Source: Candidatus Latescibacterota bacterium
GTDB taxonomy: Bacteria; Latescibacterota; UBA2968
Length of the DNA: 64,000 nucleotides
Assembly: GCA_965205975.1 (NCBI GenBank)
Contig: OZ242195.1
Span: forward strand, 32,001-96,000
Direction of reading: 5' to 3'
In this document: positions 45,806 through 55,104 of the stretch, one piece after another
Position numbering within the stretch: position 1 is the first letter of the stretch
Layout of the letters: each line of letters opens with the position of its first letter
Translations under genes and position numbers: made by a program
Notes under the pieces: model-generated
Database searches by the model: none
The model's input: the letters and a program-made list of their open reading frames with translations, nothing else
Told to the model about the DNA's origin: nothing

Positions 45806-47686
45806 ATGGCAACGGCAATAAAATCGCGCACTTCCAACACGACGCAACTCGATTTGCTCTCGCAACCGAGGACCACTGGTAAAGCCAATGGCAAGAAAAA
45901 TGGCGCCCATAATTACGACGAGAGCAAGATCAAAACCCTTTCTTCGCTCGAGCATATTCGTTTGCGCACGGGTATGTACATTGGGCGGCTCGGCTCGGGT
46001 GCTGATCCCGATGATGGGATATACGTTTTGCTCAAAGAGGTTGTCGATAATGCCGTTGATGAATTTATTTCGGGTTTTGGCACAAAAATTGATGTGACTA
46101 TTGACGCCAATCACGTCAGTGTGCGCGACTATGGGCGCGGCGTTCCGCTCGGCAAAATTGTCGAGTGCGTTTCTGTGATCAATACCGGTGCCAAATACAA
46201 TGACGATGTTTTCCAATTTAGCGTGGGCCTCAACGGCGTGGGTAGCAAAGCGGTCAACGCGCTTTCTACGGATTTTCGCGTGGTGGCCTATCGCGATGGC
46301 AAGTACGCCGAAGCCCGCTTTACTCGTGGGAAACTCATTGGCGAAAAAAAGGGGAGGACTCGGGAACCAGATGGCTCCTTTTTTGAGTTCACGCCCGATC
46401 CAGAAATTTTTGAGGAATACGATTACAATTTCGAATACGTCGAGCGCCGCATGTGGAACTACGCCTGCCTCAATAGCGGTCTCACGCTCGTTTTTAACAA
46501 ACAGAAATTCGTCTCAAAACGCGGCTTGCTCGATTTTCTCAGCCGCGAGGTCGATGATTCGGCACTTTATGAACCCGCGTATTACAAGGGGCAATATCTC
46601 GAATTTGCATTTACCCACACGTCCAATTATGGGGAGAACTATTTTTCTTTTGTGAATGGGCAATACACTATTGACGGTGGTACGCATCAAAGTGCTTTTC
46701 GAGAGGGCATCTTAAAAGGTGTCAATGAATTTTACAAGAAGAATTACAGCGGTGTGGATGTGCGGGAATCCATCAATGGTGCTGTTGCGGTCAAGCTGAA
46801 AGAACCCGTTTTTGAATCGCAAACAAAAAACAAACTCGGCAATACCGAAGTGCGCTCGTGGATTGTTTCTGAAACGCGCAGTGCTGTGGTCGATTTTTTG
46901 CACAAGAATACCACGGCGGCGCAAAAACTCCAGGAGAAGATCAACCACAACGAACGCCTGCGGAGAGAACTCAACGATGTTAAGAAAAAGGCAAAGGAAG
47001 TCGCCCGCAAAGTCGCTATCAAAATCCCGCATTTCAAGGATTGTAAATATCACAAGGGCGACAAAAAACGCGGCGATGAATCTACTATTTTTATTACCGA
47101 AGGTCCATCTGCTGCCGGGTCTATGGTTGCCGCCCGCGATGTGGAGACTCAGGCTATTTTTGGTCTGAAGGGCGTGCCCCTCAATGTGTTTGGAAAAACA
47201 AAAGCCGCGATTTATAAGAATGAAGAGCTCTACAATCTCATGACGGCTTTGGGTATTGAAGACAGCGTTGAAAATCTCCGTTTCAACAATGTGGTCATTG
47301 CTACGGATGCCGATTACGATGGCTTCCATATCCGCAATTTGCTGATGACTTTTTTCCTCAATTACTTCGAAGAACTCGTTACTTCTGGTCATGTCTATAT
47401 TCTGGAGACGCCGATTTTTCGCGTGCGGAATAGCCGTGAGACGCGCTATTGTTATAGCGAGAAAGAACGCAATCAGGCTGTTGCAGATTTGCGAAATCCC
47501 GAGGTTACGCGCTTCAAGGGGTTGGGGGAGATTTCACCCGGTGAATTTGGACAGTTTATCGGAGAGGACATGCGCCTGATCAAAGTAGGCGTGCGCTCTC
47601 TTGCCGAGGTTTCAAATACCCTCGAATTTTACATGGGAAAGAATACGCCCGATCGCAGAGATTATATTGTTGAGCATTTGATTTAG
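45806..47686 (+). CDS. parE: DNA topoisomerase IV subunit B
   Basis: EHIRLRTGMYIG, EVVDNAVDE, GLNGVG, TEGPSA, TDADYDG, RFKGLGE. Confidence 0.9.
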   Translation: MATAIKSRTSNTTQLDLLSQPRTTGKANGKKNGAHNYDESKIKTLSSLEHIRLRTGMYIGRLGSGADPDDGIYVLLKEVVDNAVDEFISGFGTKIDVTIDANHVSVRDYGRGVPLGKIVECVSVINTGAKYNDDVFQFSVGLNGVGSKAVNALSTDFRVVAYRDGKYAEARFTRGKLIGEKKGRTREPDGSFFEFTPDPEIFEEYDYNFEYVERRMWNYACLNSGLTLVFNKQKFVSKRGLLDFLSREVDDSALYEPAYYKGQYLEFAFTHTSNYGENYFSFVNGQYTIDGGTHQSAFREGILKGVNEFYKKNYSGVDVRESINGAVAVKLKEPVFESQTKNKLGNTEVRSWIVSETRSAVVDFLHKNTTAAQKLQEKINHNERLRRELNDVKKKAKEVARKVAIKIPHFKDCKYHKGDKKRGDESTIFITEGPSAAGSMVAARDVETQAIFGLKGVPLNVFGKTKAAIYKNEELYNLMTALGIEDSVENLRFNNVVIATDADYDGFHIRNLLMTFFLNYFEELVTSGHVYILETPIFRVRNSRETRYCYSEKERNQAVADLRNPEVTRFKGLGEISPGEFGQFIGEDMRLIKVGVRSLAEVSNTLEFYMGKNTPDRRDYIVEHLI

Positions 47687-47696
47687 AGGATTGAAA

Positions 47697-47732
47697 AGCA
47701 TCCGCAGATGAACGCAGATGGGCGCAGATGAA
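47697..47732. repeat. Decamer-period repeat (CGCAGATG x3)
   Basis: AGCATCCGCAGATGAACGCAGATGGGCGCAGATGAA; first 13 bp identical to 10601-10613. Confidence 0.8.
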
Positions 47733-47809
47733 TACAGTACAACTCAAAAGGAAAAACGGGTCAAGTCCAAACTATTTTCTAACCCGAATTATCGCACTCA
47801 AGGTAAAAA

Positions 47810-48727
47810 ATGACAAAAAAGATCAGAGCTACATCTCCGATATTTTTAGATGAAAAATCGGAAGAAAATGCCAATGGCATTTATATCCGAAGCCGGCGGC
47901 GGCGTATTGTATTTGGATGGTATGGTGGTAAGTTTTCGCATTTGGACTGGCTACTTCCGCTTCTTCCAGAGTGCCATCACTATTGCGAGCCGTTTGCCGG
48001 TTCAGGGGCAGTACTGCTGAATCGGGTGCCATCCCCTGTTGAGACCTACAATGATATTGATGGTGAGGTTGTAAACTTCTTTCGCGTATTGCGCGATCAA
48101 CACGAAGAACTGATAAGAGCCATAGCACTGACGCCATTTTCCCGTGAGGAGTATTATCACGCTATTCATACAACAAATGGTGTCAGCGATATTGAACGGG
48201 CCAGATGCTTTTATATCAAAGCGAGGCAGACCAGGACTGGACTTGCCCAAACAGCATCGCTGGGGCGTTGGGCGAACTGCAAAAATACGAGTCGCGCCGG
48301 AATGTCAGGCGTGGTATCTCGTTGGCTCGGCGGGGTGGGAGCTTTGGATGATATTGCACAGCGCCTTATGCGAGTTCAGATTGAGAACCGTCCTGCGGTG
48401 GATGTGATCCGTCTTTATGACAGTCCCAAAACTTTGTTTTATTGCGACCCACCGTATTTGCATGCGACTCGTGGAGATGTTAAGTCTTACGGTTTTGAGA
48501 TGGATGAAGAACAGCACCGAGAATTTGCAGAGGTTGTCAATGGGTGCAGTGGCATGGTTGCTGTTTCTGGCTATGAGCATCCACTCATGGATAAGCTGTT
48601 CGAGCCGGGAAAATGGTTTAAGACTTTGGGATCGCGCAAAACCATTCATTCGACTAAGGGTACTCGCCAGGAAGTGCTTTGGACCAATTATGATCCCAAA
48701 AAGCAGATGGGAATATTTGCAGCATGA
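47810..48727 (+). CDS. Dam/D12-class N6-adenine DNA methyltransferase, orphan
   Basis: WYGGK, EPFAGSG, NDID, YCDPPY, EVLW. Confidence 0.92.
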   Translation: MTKKIRATSPIFLDEKSEENANGIYIRSRRRRIVFGWYGGKFSHLDWLLPLLPECHHYCEPFAGSGAVLLNRVPSPVETYNDIDGEVVNFFRVLRDQHEELIRAIALTPFSREEYYHAIHTTNGVSDIERARCFYIKARQTRTGLAQTASLGRWANCKNTSRAGMSGVVSRWLGGVGALDDIAQRLMRVQIENRPAVDVIRLYDSPKTLFYCDPPYLHATRGDVKSYGFEMDEEQHREFAEVVNGCSGMVAVSGYEHPLMDKLFEPGKWFKTLGSRKTIHSTKGTRQEVLWTNYDPKKQMGIFAA

Positions 48728-48822
48728 AGGCATTAGTTTTGAATGAGCCAGATTCGGCTGTAAGTCAATCGCTCAAAGAGGCGTTTTTGGCCCTGCGGCA
48801 AGTAGCTGAGAGTAGTGAGTAA
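48724..48822 (+). pseudogene. 32-codon stub coupled (ATGA) to the methyltransferase; possible truncated endonuclease
   Basis: MKALVLNEPDSAVSQSLKEAFLALRQVAESSE*; identity inferred from position only. Confidence 0.3.
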
Positions 48823-48950
48823 ACGCTATTTGTCATCGTGTCCTACAGGTTTTCATCCTGTTTATCCTTTCATCTTGCATATCCTGATGAACTGGTCTGT
48901 AAATCGACCAATTGTACACCGCTCCTGACGATTTTTATAGAGGACAAACA

Positions 48951-50852
48951 ATGGCTTATATCGACAAGTTATTTGACCTGTATTTTTTAGAACACGCTTC
49001 TTATGTCGTGAAAGACAGGGCGATTCCCGACATTGACGATGGGTTCAAGCCCGTACAGCGCCGCATTTTACACGCGCTTAAAGAGCAGGACGATGGGAAA
49101 TTTCACAAGGTAGCCAATGTCGTGGGGCAGACGATGAAATATCACCCCCACGGCGATCAGTCGATTTACGGTGCGCTGGTTCATCTGGCGAACAAAGATC
49201 TGTTTATCGATAAACAGGGCAATTTCGGCAATATTTATACTGGCGACGAAGCCTCGGCTGCGCGCTATATCGAATGCCGATTGACCCCGCTCGCCAAAGA
49301 TGTGCTCTTTAATCCGGAAATTACCGAATACATTGAGTCCTACGATGGTCGCAATAACGAACCCGTTGTTTTTCCGGCGAAGATTCCCGTGCTTCTCGCG
49401 CAGGGTACCGAAGGGATTGCGCCGGGTATGACCACACGGGTTTTGTCCCACAATTTGATCGAATTGTTGCAGGCGCAAATTGCCTATCTCCAGGGGGAGG
49501 ATTTTCAGGTCTTTCCCGATTTCGCGACGGGCGGTTTTGTCGATGTCACCGAATATGCAGACGGCAATGGCAAAGTGCTCGTGCGTGCCAAGCTCGATAC
49601 CAAAAATTCCAAACGCATTGTCGTGCGCGAATTGCCTTTTGGCTCTACGTCTGACTCTCTCATCGCTTCGATTGAAGGTGCAGCCCGGAAAAACAAGCTC
49701 AAAATCGCGGGTATTAGCGATTATACAGGTGAGGGAGTCGAGATTGAAATTCGCCTTGCCCGGGGCGTGCATACCAAAGATACGGTGGATGCGCTTTACG
49801 CTTTTACCGACTGCGAGCAATCTATCAGTGTCAGTGCTCTCGTTATCAAGGACCATCGTCCCTATATCGCCACGGTGAGCGATATTCTCAAACACAATGC
49901 CGACCGATTGGTTGATGTTCTCACGGCAGAGCTTAAAATTGAGCAGCGCCAGGTGCGGGACAGGTTGCACGCCAGGATCCTCGAACAGATTTTTATTGAA
50001 AACCGCGTTTATAAGGCAATTGAGGAAGTCGCCGATTCCAGTGCGATTCACGAGGCGGTACGCACGGGTCTCGAGCCTTTTTTTGGTACAATCAGGCGCA
50101 AGGTCACGTCAGAAGACCTCGATACGCTTTTACAAATTCCCATTCGGCGCATTTCGCTTTACGATATCACCAGAGCAAAAAGAGAGATGCGTGAGATGCG
50201 CGCGCGGCTCAGAGAGATCAAGACCAATCTCGACAATATTACGGGCTTTACCATTGATTTTCTCGAATATCTGATTGATGAATACAAGGACCAGTATCCT
50301 CGCCGTACCGAGGTTACTTCTTTTGATCAGGTGGATGCCCGCGAGGTGGCACAGCGCAATCTCAAGTTGCGCTATGATAAGAAGACGGGTTATCTCGGTT
50401 ATGATGTCAATGGCAGTACGCTTATGGATGTGTCGCAATACGACCGTGTGCTCGTGATTCGCAAAAATGGCACTTATTCTCTGCACGAAGCACCCGACCG
50501 TCTCTTTGTGGATAAGGGTATGCTGTTTTGCGATTTTGTCGATTCCGAACGGGTGTACACGGTTATCTACCGGGACAAGAAGACCAATTATCCCTGTATC
50601 AAGCGTTGTAAGCTGGACACATTTATTCTGAATAGAGGTTATGAACTCGTGCCACCGGGATGCCGCTTGCTCAAGCTTACAACCGACCGAGATGTCGAGG
50701 TTCACGTATCGTATAAACCCAAACCTCTTCTGCGTATCCTCAATGAAGAATTTGCGATCGAAGACTATGCGATTCGCGGCAAAACTGCCAAAGGCAGGCG
50801 CCTATCAGCGCGCGAGGTTAAAAGCGCCAAATTTGTAAAGCCTAAAGTTTGA
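48951..50852 (+). CDS. parC: DNA topoisomerase IV subunit A (short C-terminal domain)
   Basis: RAIPDIDDGFKPVQRR, YHPHGD, AARYIE. Confidence 0.9.
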   Translation: MAYIDKLFDLYFLEHASYVVKDRAIPDIDDGFKPVQRRILHALKEQDDGKFHKVANVVGQTMKYHPHGDQSIYGALVHLANKDLFIDKQGNFGNIYTGDEASAARYIECRLTPLAKDVLFNPEITEYIESYDGRNNEPVVFPAKIPVLLAQGTEGIAPGMTTRVLSHNLIELLQAQIAYLQGEDFQVFPDFATGGFVDVTEYADGNGKVLVRAKLDTKNSKRIVVRELPFGSTSDSLIASIEGAARKNKLKIAGISDYTGEGVEIEIRLARGVHTKDTVDALYAFTDCEQSISVSALVIKDHRPYIATVSDILKHNADRLVDVLTAELKIEQRQVRDRLHARILEQIFIENRVYKAIEEVADSSAIHEAVRTGLEPFFGTIRRKVTSEDLDTLLQIPIRRISLYDITRAKREMREMRARLREIKTNLDNITGFTIDFLEYLIDEYKDQYPRRTEVTSFDQVDAREVAQRNLKLRYDKKTGYLGYDVNGSTLMDVSQYDRVLVIRKNGTYSLHEAPDRLFVDKGMLFCDFVDSERVYTVIYRDKKTNYPCIKRCKLDTFILNRGYELVPPGCRLLKLTTDRDVEVHVSYKPKPLLRILNEEFAIEDYAIRGKTAKGRRLSAREVKSAKFVKPKV

Positions 50853-50943
50853 TATAAAACAGCATGATGGGTTGGATACAGATGGACTAAAACCTTTGTA
50901 TCAAAAGCAAACAGGTTCCTATTGATTAAAAGGATTTTGTGTT

Positions 50944-51591
50944 ATGCCGAAGTTTCTTGTCATTGGTCGGTATGTATTTTTCATCTACTCTGCTGATGAG
51001 GTGGAGCGCGCACATATTCATGTGCGAGTCAGAGCATCGGCATTTCCTACGGCGAAGTTCTGGTTGGTTCCTGTTGTCGAGTTAGCATATAACAATGGTT
51101 TTAAGCGTAAAGAAATTTCAGATATCAGGAAACTGGCTGTGAAACACGCGCAAGAATTGTTGACAAAATGGAACGCAGAGTTTAATCAGAATCAAGCAAT
51201 GGATAACGGCGAAATACGTGAGGCACTCCTTCGCGGTTATGATAAAGTGCGCTGGTTGGATGAGGCAAAGCGTTTGGAATGCCACCGTCCGTCTATTTTG
51301 GATATTCGGTTCGATGAGTCACACATGCATGTTTATCTTGATGACGGTCGGAGTATCTCTGTACCGTTACGGTGGTATCCGCGTTTGTACTTCGGCTCGC
51401 CAGAAGATCGGGCGGATTGGGAACTGTGGTGTCACGAAAGCGAAGATGTGTATGATGTGATTGCTTGGGAAACCCTAGATGAACACATACGTCTTGAAAG
51501 TTTGTTGGCAGGACGAGCGAGCCGTGAAAGTGTAACATCTATACGTCGATGGTTAAAAGGGGAAAGATTGTACGAAGTATATGATGAATAA
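50944..51591 (+). CDS. Fused DUF4160 (HicA-like) + DUF2442 protein
   Basis: N-half FFIYS.D...AHIHV...AKFWLVPVVELAYN.GF; C-half V.LDDGR.ISVPL.WYPRL...I.W..LDEHI...LL.G; no internal stop. Confidence 0.8.
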   Translation: MPKFLVIGRYVFFIYSADEVERAHIHVRVRASAFPTAKFWLVPVVELAYNNGFKRKEISDIRKLAVKHAQELLTKWNAEFNQNQAMDNGEIREALLRGYDKVRWLDEAKRLECHRPSILDIRFDESHMHVYLDDGRSISVPLRWYPRLYFGSPEDRADWELWCHESEDVYDVIAWETLDEHIRLESLLAGRASRESVTSIRRWLKGERLYEVYDE

Positions 51592-51608
51592 TGTACTTGC
51601 GGGAAGGG

Positions 51609-51809
51609 TTAATGAGTAAAATGAATTTGAATTTCCCTTTGAATTTCGGGATCAGCGGCCATTTCGCTTAACTGTGCATCACCTTCTGTTTTGTCAGAGA
51701 TATTTTCTCGTATGCGGTGGCTTACGCGCTCAATAAGGAGCAATTGCTCATCTAAGGATAACCGGCTGATATTGTCTTCTAATTCAGAAAGAAGAGATGG
51801 TGCAGACAT
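51609..51809 (-). CDS. Small antitoxin-like protein, probably C-terminally truncated, no toxin partner
   Basis: RBS AAGGAG; LSLDEQLLLIERV...EMAADPEIQRE. Confidence 0.5.
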   Translation of the reverse strand: MSAPSLLSELEDNISRLSLDEQLLLIERVSHRIRENISDKTEGDAQLSEMAADPEIQREIQIHFTH

Positions 51810-51970
51810 GGTTGTTCTCCTTAAATCATCCCGCTCAAAATGGGCGCGGGTGATTTTTCTTTTGAAACCTCAAAATGTCTATTAACTTCCTGATCTACAC
51901 GGCGACATGAAGTATAGAAAGAATTTAGAAAAAAACAAGACCAGATGTCCTTTCAAACTGGAGAATCTCA

Positions 51971-53302
51971 ATGAACAGTTTTGCACCTGTTGATTTATGC
52001 GATGTGCGAAAGCAGGATTTGGATCACGTATGGCATCCTTTGATGCAATATGAGGGCAGGAGCGAAGATGATTTGCTCGTTATTGTGTCGGCAGATGGGT
52101 GTGAGATCACGGATTCGGATGGGAAAACGTATCTCGATGCGTATGGCGGGATATGGAATGTCAATGTGGGGTATGGGCGGGATGAGATTGTCGAAGCTGT
52201 GTATGAACAGATGAAAACACTCCCGTTTTATCCCATGACGCAGATCAATGTGCCCGCGGCGCGACTCGCTGCGCGGTTGGCGGAATTGTCACCGGGCGAT
52301 CTCACTCATTTCTATTTTGTCAATAGTGGTTCAGAGGCTAATGAAACTGCGATTAAAGTTGCGCGACAATACGGCAGGGCGACGCATCCGGGCGAAAGTC
52401 GCTTTAAAATTATCTGCCGGTATAAGGGCTATCACGGCTTTACGATGGGGTCTATGTCTGCGACCGGACAGGTGAGGCGGCGAGCACCGTTTGAACCTCT
52501 GGCACCGGGATTTATCCACGTTGAGTTGCCCACTGCCGATGCCCACGGAGCGGATGAGATCGCGCGGGTTATTGAACGCGAGGGTCCCGATACGGTCGCT
52601 GCTGTTCTTGCGGAACCTGTTGTTGGCGGTGGTGGTGTGCATGTCCCGCCCGACGATTATTTTCCCGCCCTGCGCGATGTGTGCGACCACTATGGTTGTT
52701 TGCTGATGTTTGATGAGGTGATTACTGGATTTGGGCGTACTGGAAAATTGTTTGCTGCCGAGCACTGGGGTGTTGTGCCCGATGTGATGACGATTGCCAA
52801 GGGCGTGTCGAGCGGGTACCTGCCGCTGGGGGCATGTGCTGTTACCGAAAAGGTCTGGTCGGCATTTTTGGGAGGGGCGGATGAGGGAAAAGAATTTGCT
52901 CAGGTTTCCACGTATGGCGGGCATCCGGCATGTTGTGTTGCGGCGCTGGCTAATCTCGAGATTCTGACCCGGGAACGGCTGTGGGAAAATTCGGAAACTG
53001 TGGGTGCGTACTTGTTGGCGCGGCTCAAAGATATGTCATCGCCTCTGATCAAAGAAGTGAGAGGTCTGGGGCTTATGCTCGCGGTTGAGCTTCAAAGCGA
53101 GGATGGGACGGAACTGGATAGCGAGAGGACGAAAAAATTTGGCAGCGCGCTTCGAGATGCGGGTGTGATTACCGGGAAGATGAGTCATGTTATGGTGGGA
53201 TCAGAGCCTGTTTTTACACTGGCACCCCCTCTGATTCTTACGGAGGAGCAAGCCGACCGAATAGCAGGTGCGTTTGTGACTGCGTTGCGGGCTATAAGTT
53301 GA
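51971..53302 (+). CDS. Class III PLP aminotransferase
   Basis: NSGSEANE, YHG, FDEVITGFGRTG, AKG, TYGGHP. Confidence 0.93.
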   Translation: MNSFAPVDLCDVRKQDLDHVWHPLMQYEGRSEDDLLVIVSADGCEITDSDGKTYLDAYGGIWNVNVGYGRDEIVEAVYEQMKTLPFYPMTQINVPAARLAARLAELSPGDLTHFYFVNSGSEANETAIKVARQYGRATHPGESRFKIICRYKGYHGFTMGSMSATGQVRRRAPFEPLAPGFIHVELPTADAHGADEIARVIEREGPDTVAAVLAEPVVGGGGVHVPPDDYFPALRDVCDHYGCLLMFDEVITGFGRTGKLFAAEHWGVVPDVMTIAKGVSSGYLPLGACAVTEKVWSAFLGGADEGKEFAQVSTYGGHPACCVAALANLEILTRERLWENSETVGAYLLARLKDMSSPLIKEVRGLGLMLAVELQSEDGTELDSERTKKFGSALRDAGVITGKMSHVMVGSEPVFTLAPPLILTEEQADRIAGAFVTALRAIS

Positions 53303-53324
53303 GTCGGTAAAAAAGGAAACCGCG

Positions 53325-53804
53325 ATGATCAATGCGACCTTATGCTATGTCAAAAATGGCAATAAAACGCTGATGCTGCACCGAGTGAAAAAGGAAAATG
53401 ACATACACGAGGGCAAATGGAATGGCCTGGGTGGCAAAATGGAAGCGGGCGAGACGCCTGAGGAATGCGTGATTCGAGAGGTGCGCGAAGAGAGTGGCCT
53501 GCAGATTCAAAATCCCGCTTTGAGAGGGGTACTCACGTTTCCAAAATTTGATGGGATCAATGACTGGTTGGCTTTTGTGTTTACCGCGGAGAGGTTCACG
53601 GGTGAGTTGATTGACTCGAGTGAAGGTATCCTGAAATGGATTGACGACTCAGAACTGCTCGATCTCAATCTTTGGGAAGGCGACAAAATTTTTCTGAAGT
53701 GGTTACACCAGGATGCGTTTTTTTCAGGGAAATTTACGTATGAAAACAAACGGTTGATCGCTCATGATGTCGTGTTTCACACACTGTCTGGATCTGTGCC
53801 ATGA
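53325..53804 (+). CDS. Nudix hydrolase (MutT / 8-oxo-dGTPase-like)
   Basis: GGKMEAGETPEECVIREVREESGL Nudix box. Confidence 0.92.
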   Translation: MINATLCYVKNGNKTLMLHRVKKENDIHEGKWNGLGGKMEAGETPEECVIREVREESGLQIQNPALRGVLTFPKFDGINDWLAFVFTAERFTGELIDSSEGILKWIDDSELLDLNLWEGDKIFLKWLHQDAFFSGKFTYENKRLIAHDVVFHTLSGSVP

Positions 53805-53974
53805 ACGAAAAAGCCGAAGCAATTAAAAAGAGATACCGGTATCGCCGCCTGATTCTCACGGGCAAAATTGGCCTGTCCAGACACGCGGCGGTCAAATTCA
53901 TCGGCGCAGATACGGCGTATCACCTGTATGCCCGTGCAACGCCTCGGTCTCGTGCGGCAGAGAAAAGCGCGTGA
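53801..53974 (+). CDS. Small basic hypothetical protein (57 aa)
   Basis: ATGA overlap with the Nudix stop; MNEKAEAIKKRYRYRRLILTGK... Confidence 0.4.
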   Translation: MNEKAEAIKKRYRYRRLILTGKIGLSRHAAVKFIGADTAYHLYARATPRSRAAEKSA

Positions 53975-54016
53975 TGCGATGGTCTTATCAGAGCTTCAGC
54001 TTTGAGAGTATGTCAA

Positions 54017-54832
54017 TTAACCGACAGACCCATAGCGAATCTCGTGATAATCGCGATCACTCGTAATCGGAACGGGTTTCCCTTCCAGAAATGCCCACTT
54101 TCCCACATCACACGCCGAAGCGCGAACAAATCCATTGATATACGAACGCCGCGGCTCATCCGTCGTATTTGGTACCGAGCCGTGAACCGTATAAGACGTG
54201 AACATCACCACATCACCCGGCATTGCCTCGCAAGGTACAGCCGATGACACATCCACCTGATCTTCAATTTCTCCCTTTGCATAGCGCGTCACCTTCAAAT
54301 TTCCCAACCTGTGACTGCCGGGAACAATGTGCAAACAACCATTGGCAATCGTTGCCTTATCCACCACAATAATGGTCTGCACATAATTGTTCACCTGATC
54401 GCGAAACGCAGGCGTAGGGCGGATATCCTGATGCCATGGAAAGTGAATATCTCCCCCAGGCATCTTGAAATTGATCTGATTGATATACTGCTTAAACGAT
54501 GTACCGATCAACGGTTCTAACAGAACGGGAAACTTCGCACTATTCCGAATCTCCTCAAACGCGGGATGAATGAGAGAAGGCCACTGGACTTTTCGCAGAT
54601 ACGGAACAGCCTTTGTGCCAACCATCGGTCTGGGCGTCTGCAAGTGAATATGCACCTCGCGGTCTTTGCCCTGAAGAATTGCATCGGGAAGATCTGTCCG
54701 CGCTGCCAGTTCGAGAATATAGTCATATCCTTCTCGCAAACGCGCAATCTCATCCCCATCAAACACACCCCGCGCAATGTGGTATCCCCGCTCCTTGAAA
54801 GCCTCAACATCTTCTTTGCTCAACGTATTCAT
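54017..54832 (-). CDS. Phytanoyl-CoA dioxygenase family Fe(II)/2OG oxygenase
   Basis: PWHQD, NGCL.IVPGSH, VHGS..N...RR. Confidence 0.9.
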   Translation of the reverse strand: MNTLSKEDVEAFKERGYHIARGVFDGDEIARLREGYDYILELAARTDLPDAILQGKDREVHIHLQTPRPMVGTKAVPYLRKVQWPSLIHPAFEEIRNSAKFPVLLEPLIGTSFKQYINQINFKMPGGDIHFPWHQDIRPTPAFRDQVNNYVQTIIVVDKATIANGCLHIVPGSHRLGNLKVTRYAKGEIEDQVDVSSAVPCEAMPGDVVMFTSYTVHGSVPNTTDEPRRSYINGFVRASACDVGKWAFLEGKPVPITSDRDYHEIRYGSVG

Positions 54833-54944
54833 TTCATTTTTCCTTGTCGTTTTAACTACCTAATAGACCACTTAAGCAGTATAATGGGTCAGTGGTCAGA
54901 AATCAAACTGGTTCTGAGATCGAATAGTGGATCGCGCATTCCAT

Positions 54945-55087
54945 TTGAGATTGTAAAAGAATTAGAACAAGCACTCGCAGAATGGGAATCGCAACTCGTC
55001 GCGTCTCTCTGGCCCTCAAGGCGAATTCTCAAAATTTCCCTCAAGCCCTATGGCCTGGGCGATGAAACGTACGATTTTCCCATCTAA
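54945..55087 (+). pseudogene. Possible C-terminal gene remnant (sulfatase-like tail)
   Basis: EIVKELEQALAEWESQLVASLWP...; no credible start. Confidence 0.3.
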
Positions 55088-55104
55088 AATAAGGAATCAT
55101 TCAA

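Noticed and set aside
49068..50051. 327-aa minus-strand ORF
   Set aside because: Antisense shadow of parC.
45806..50852. gyrB/gyrA annotation
   Set aside because: Short subunits, no GyrA-box or full pinwheel domain seen; they fit topoisomerase IV better.
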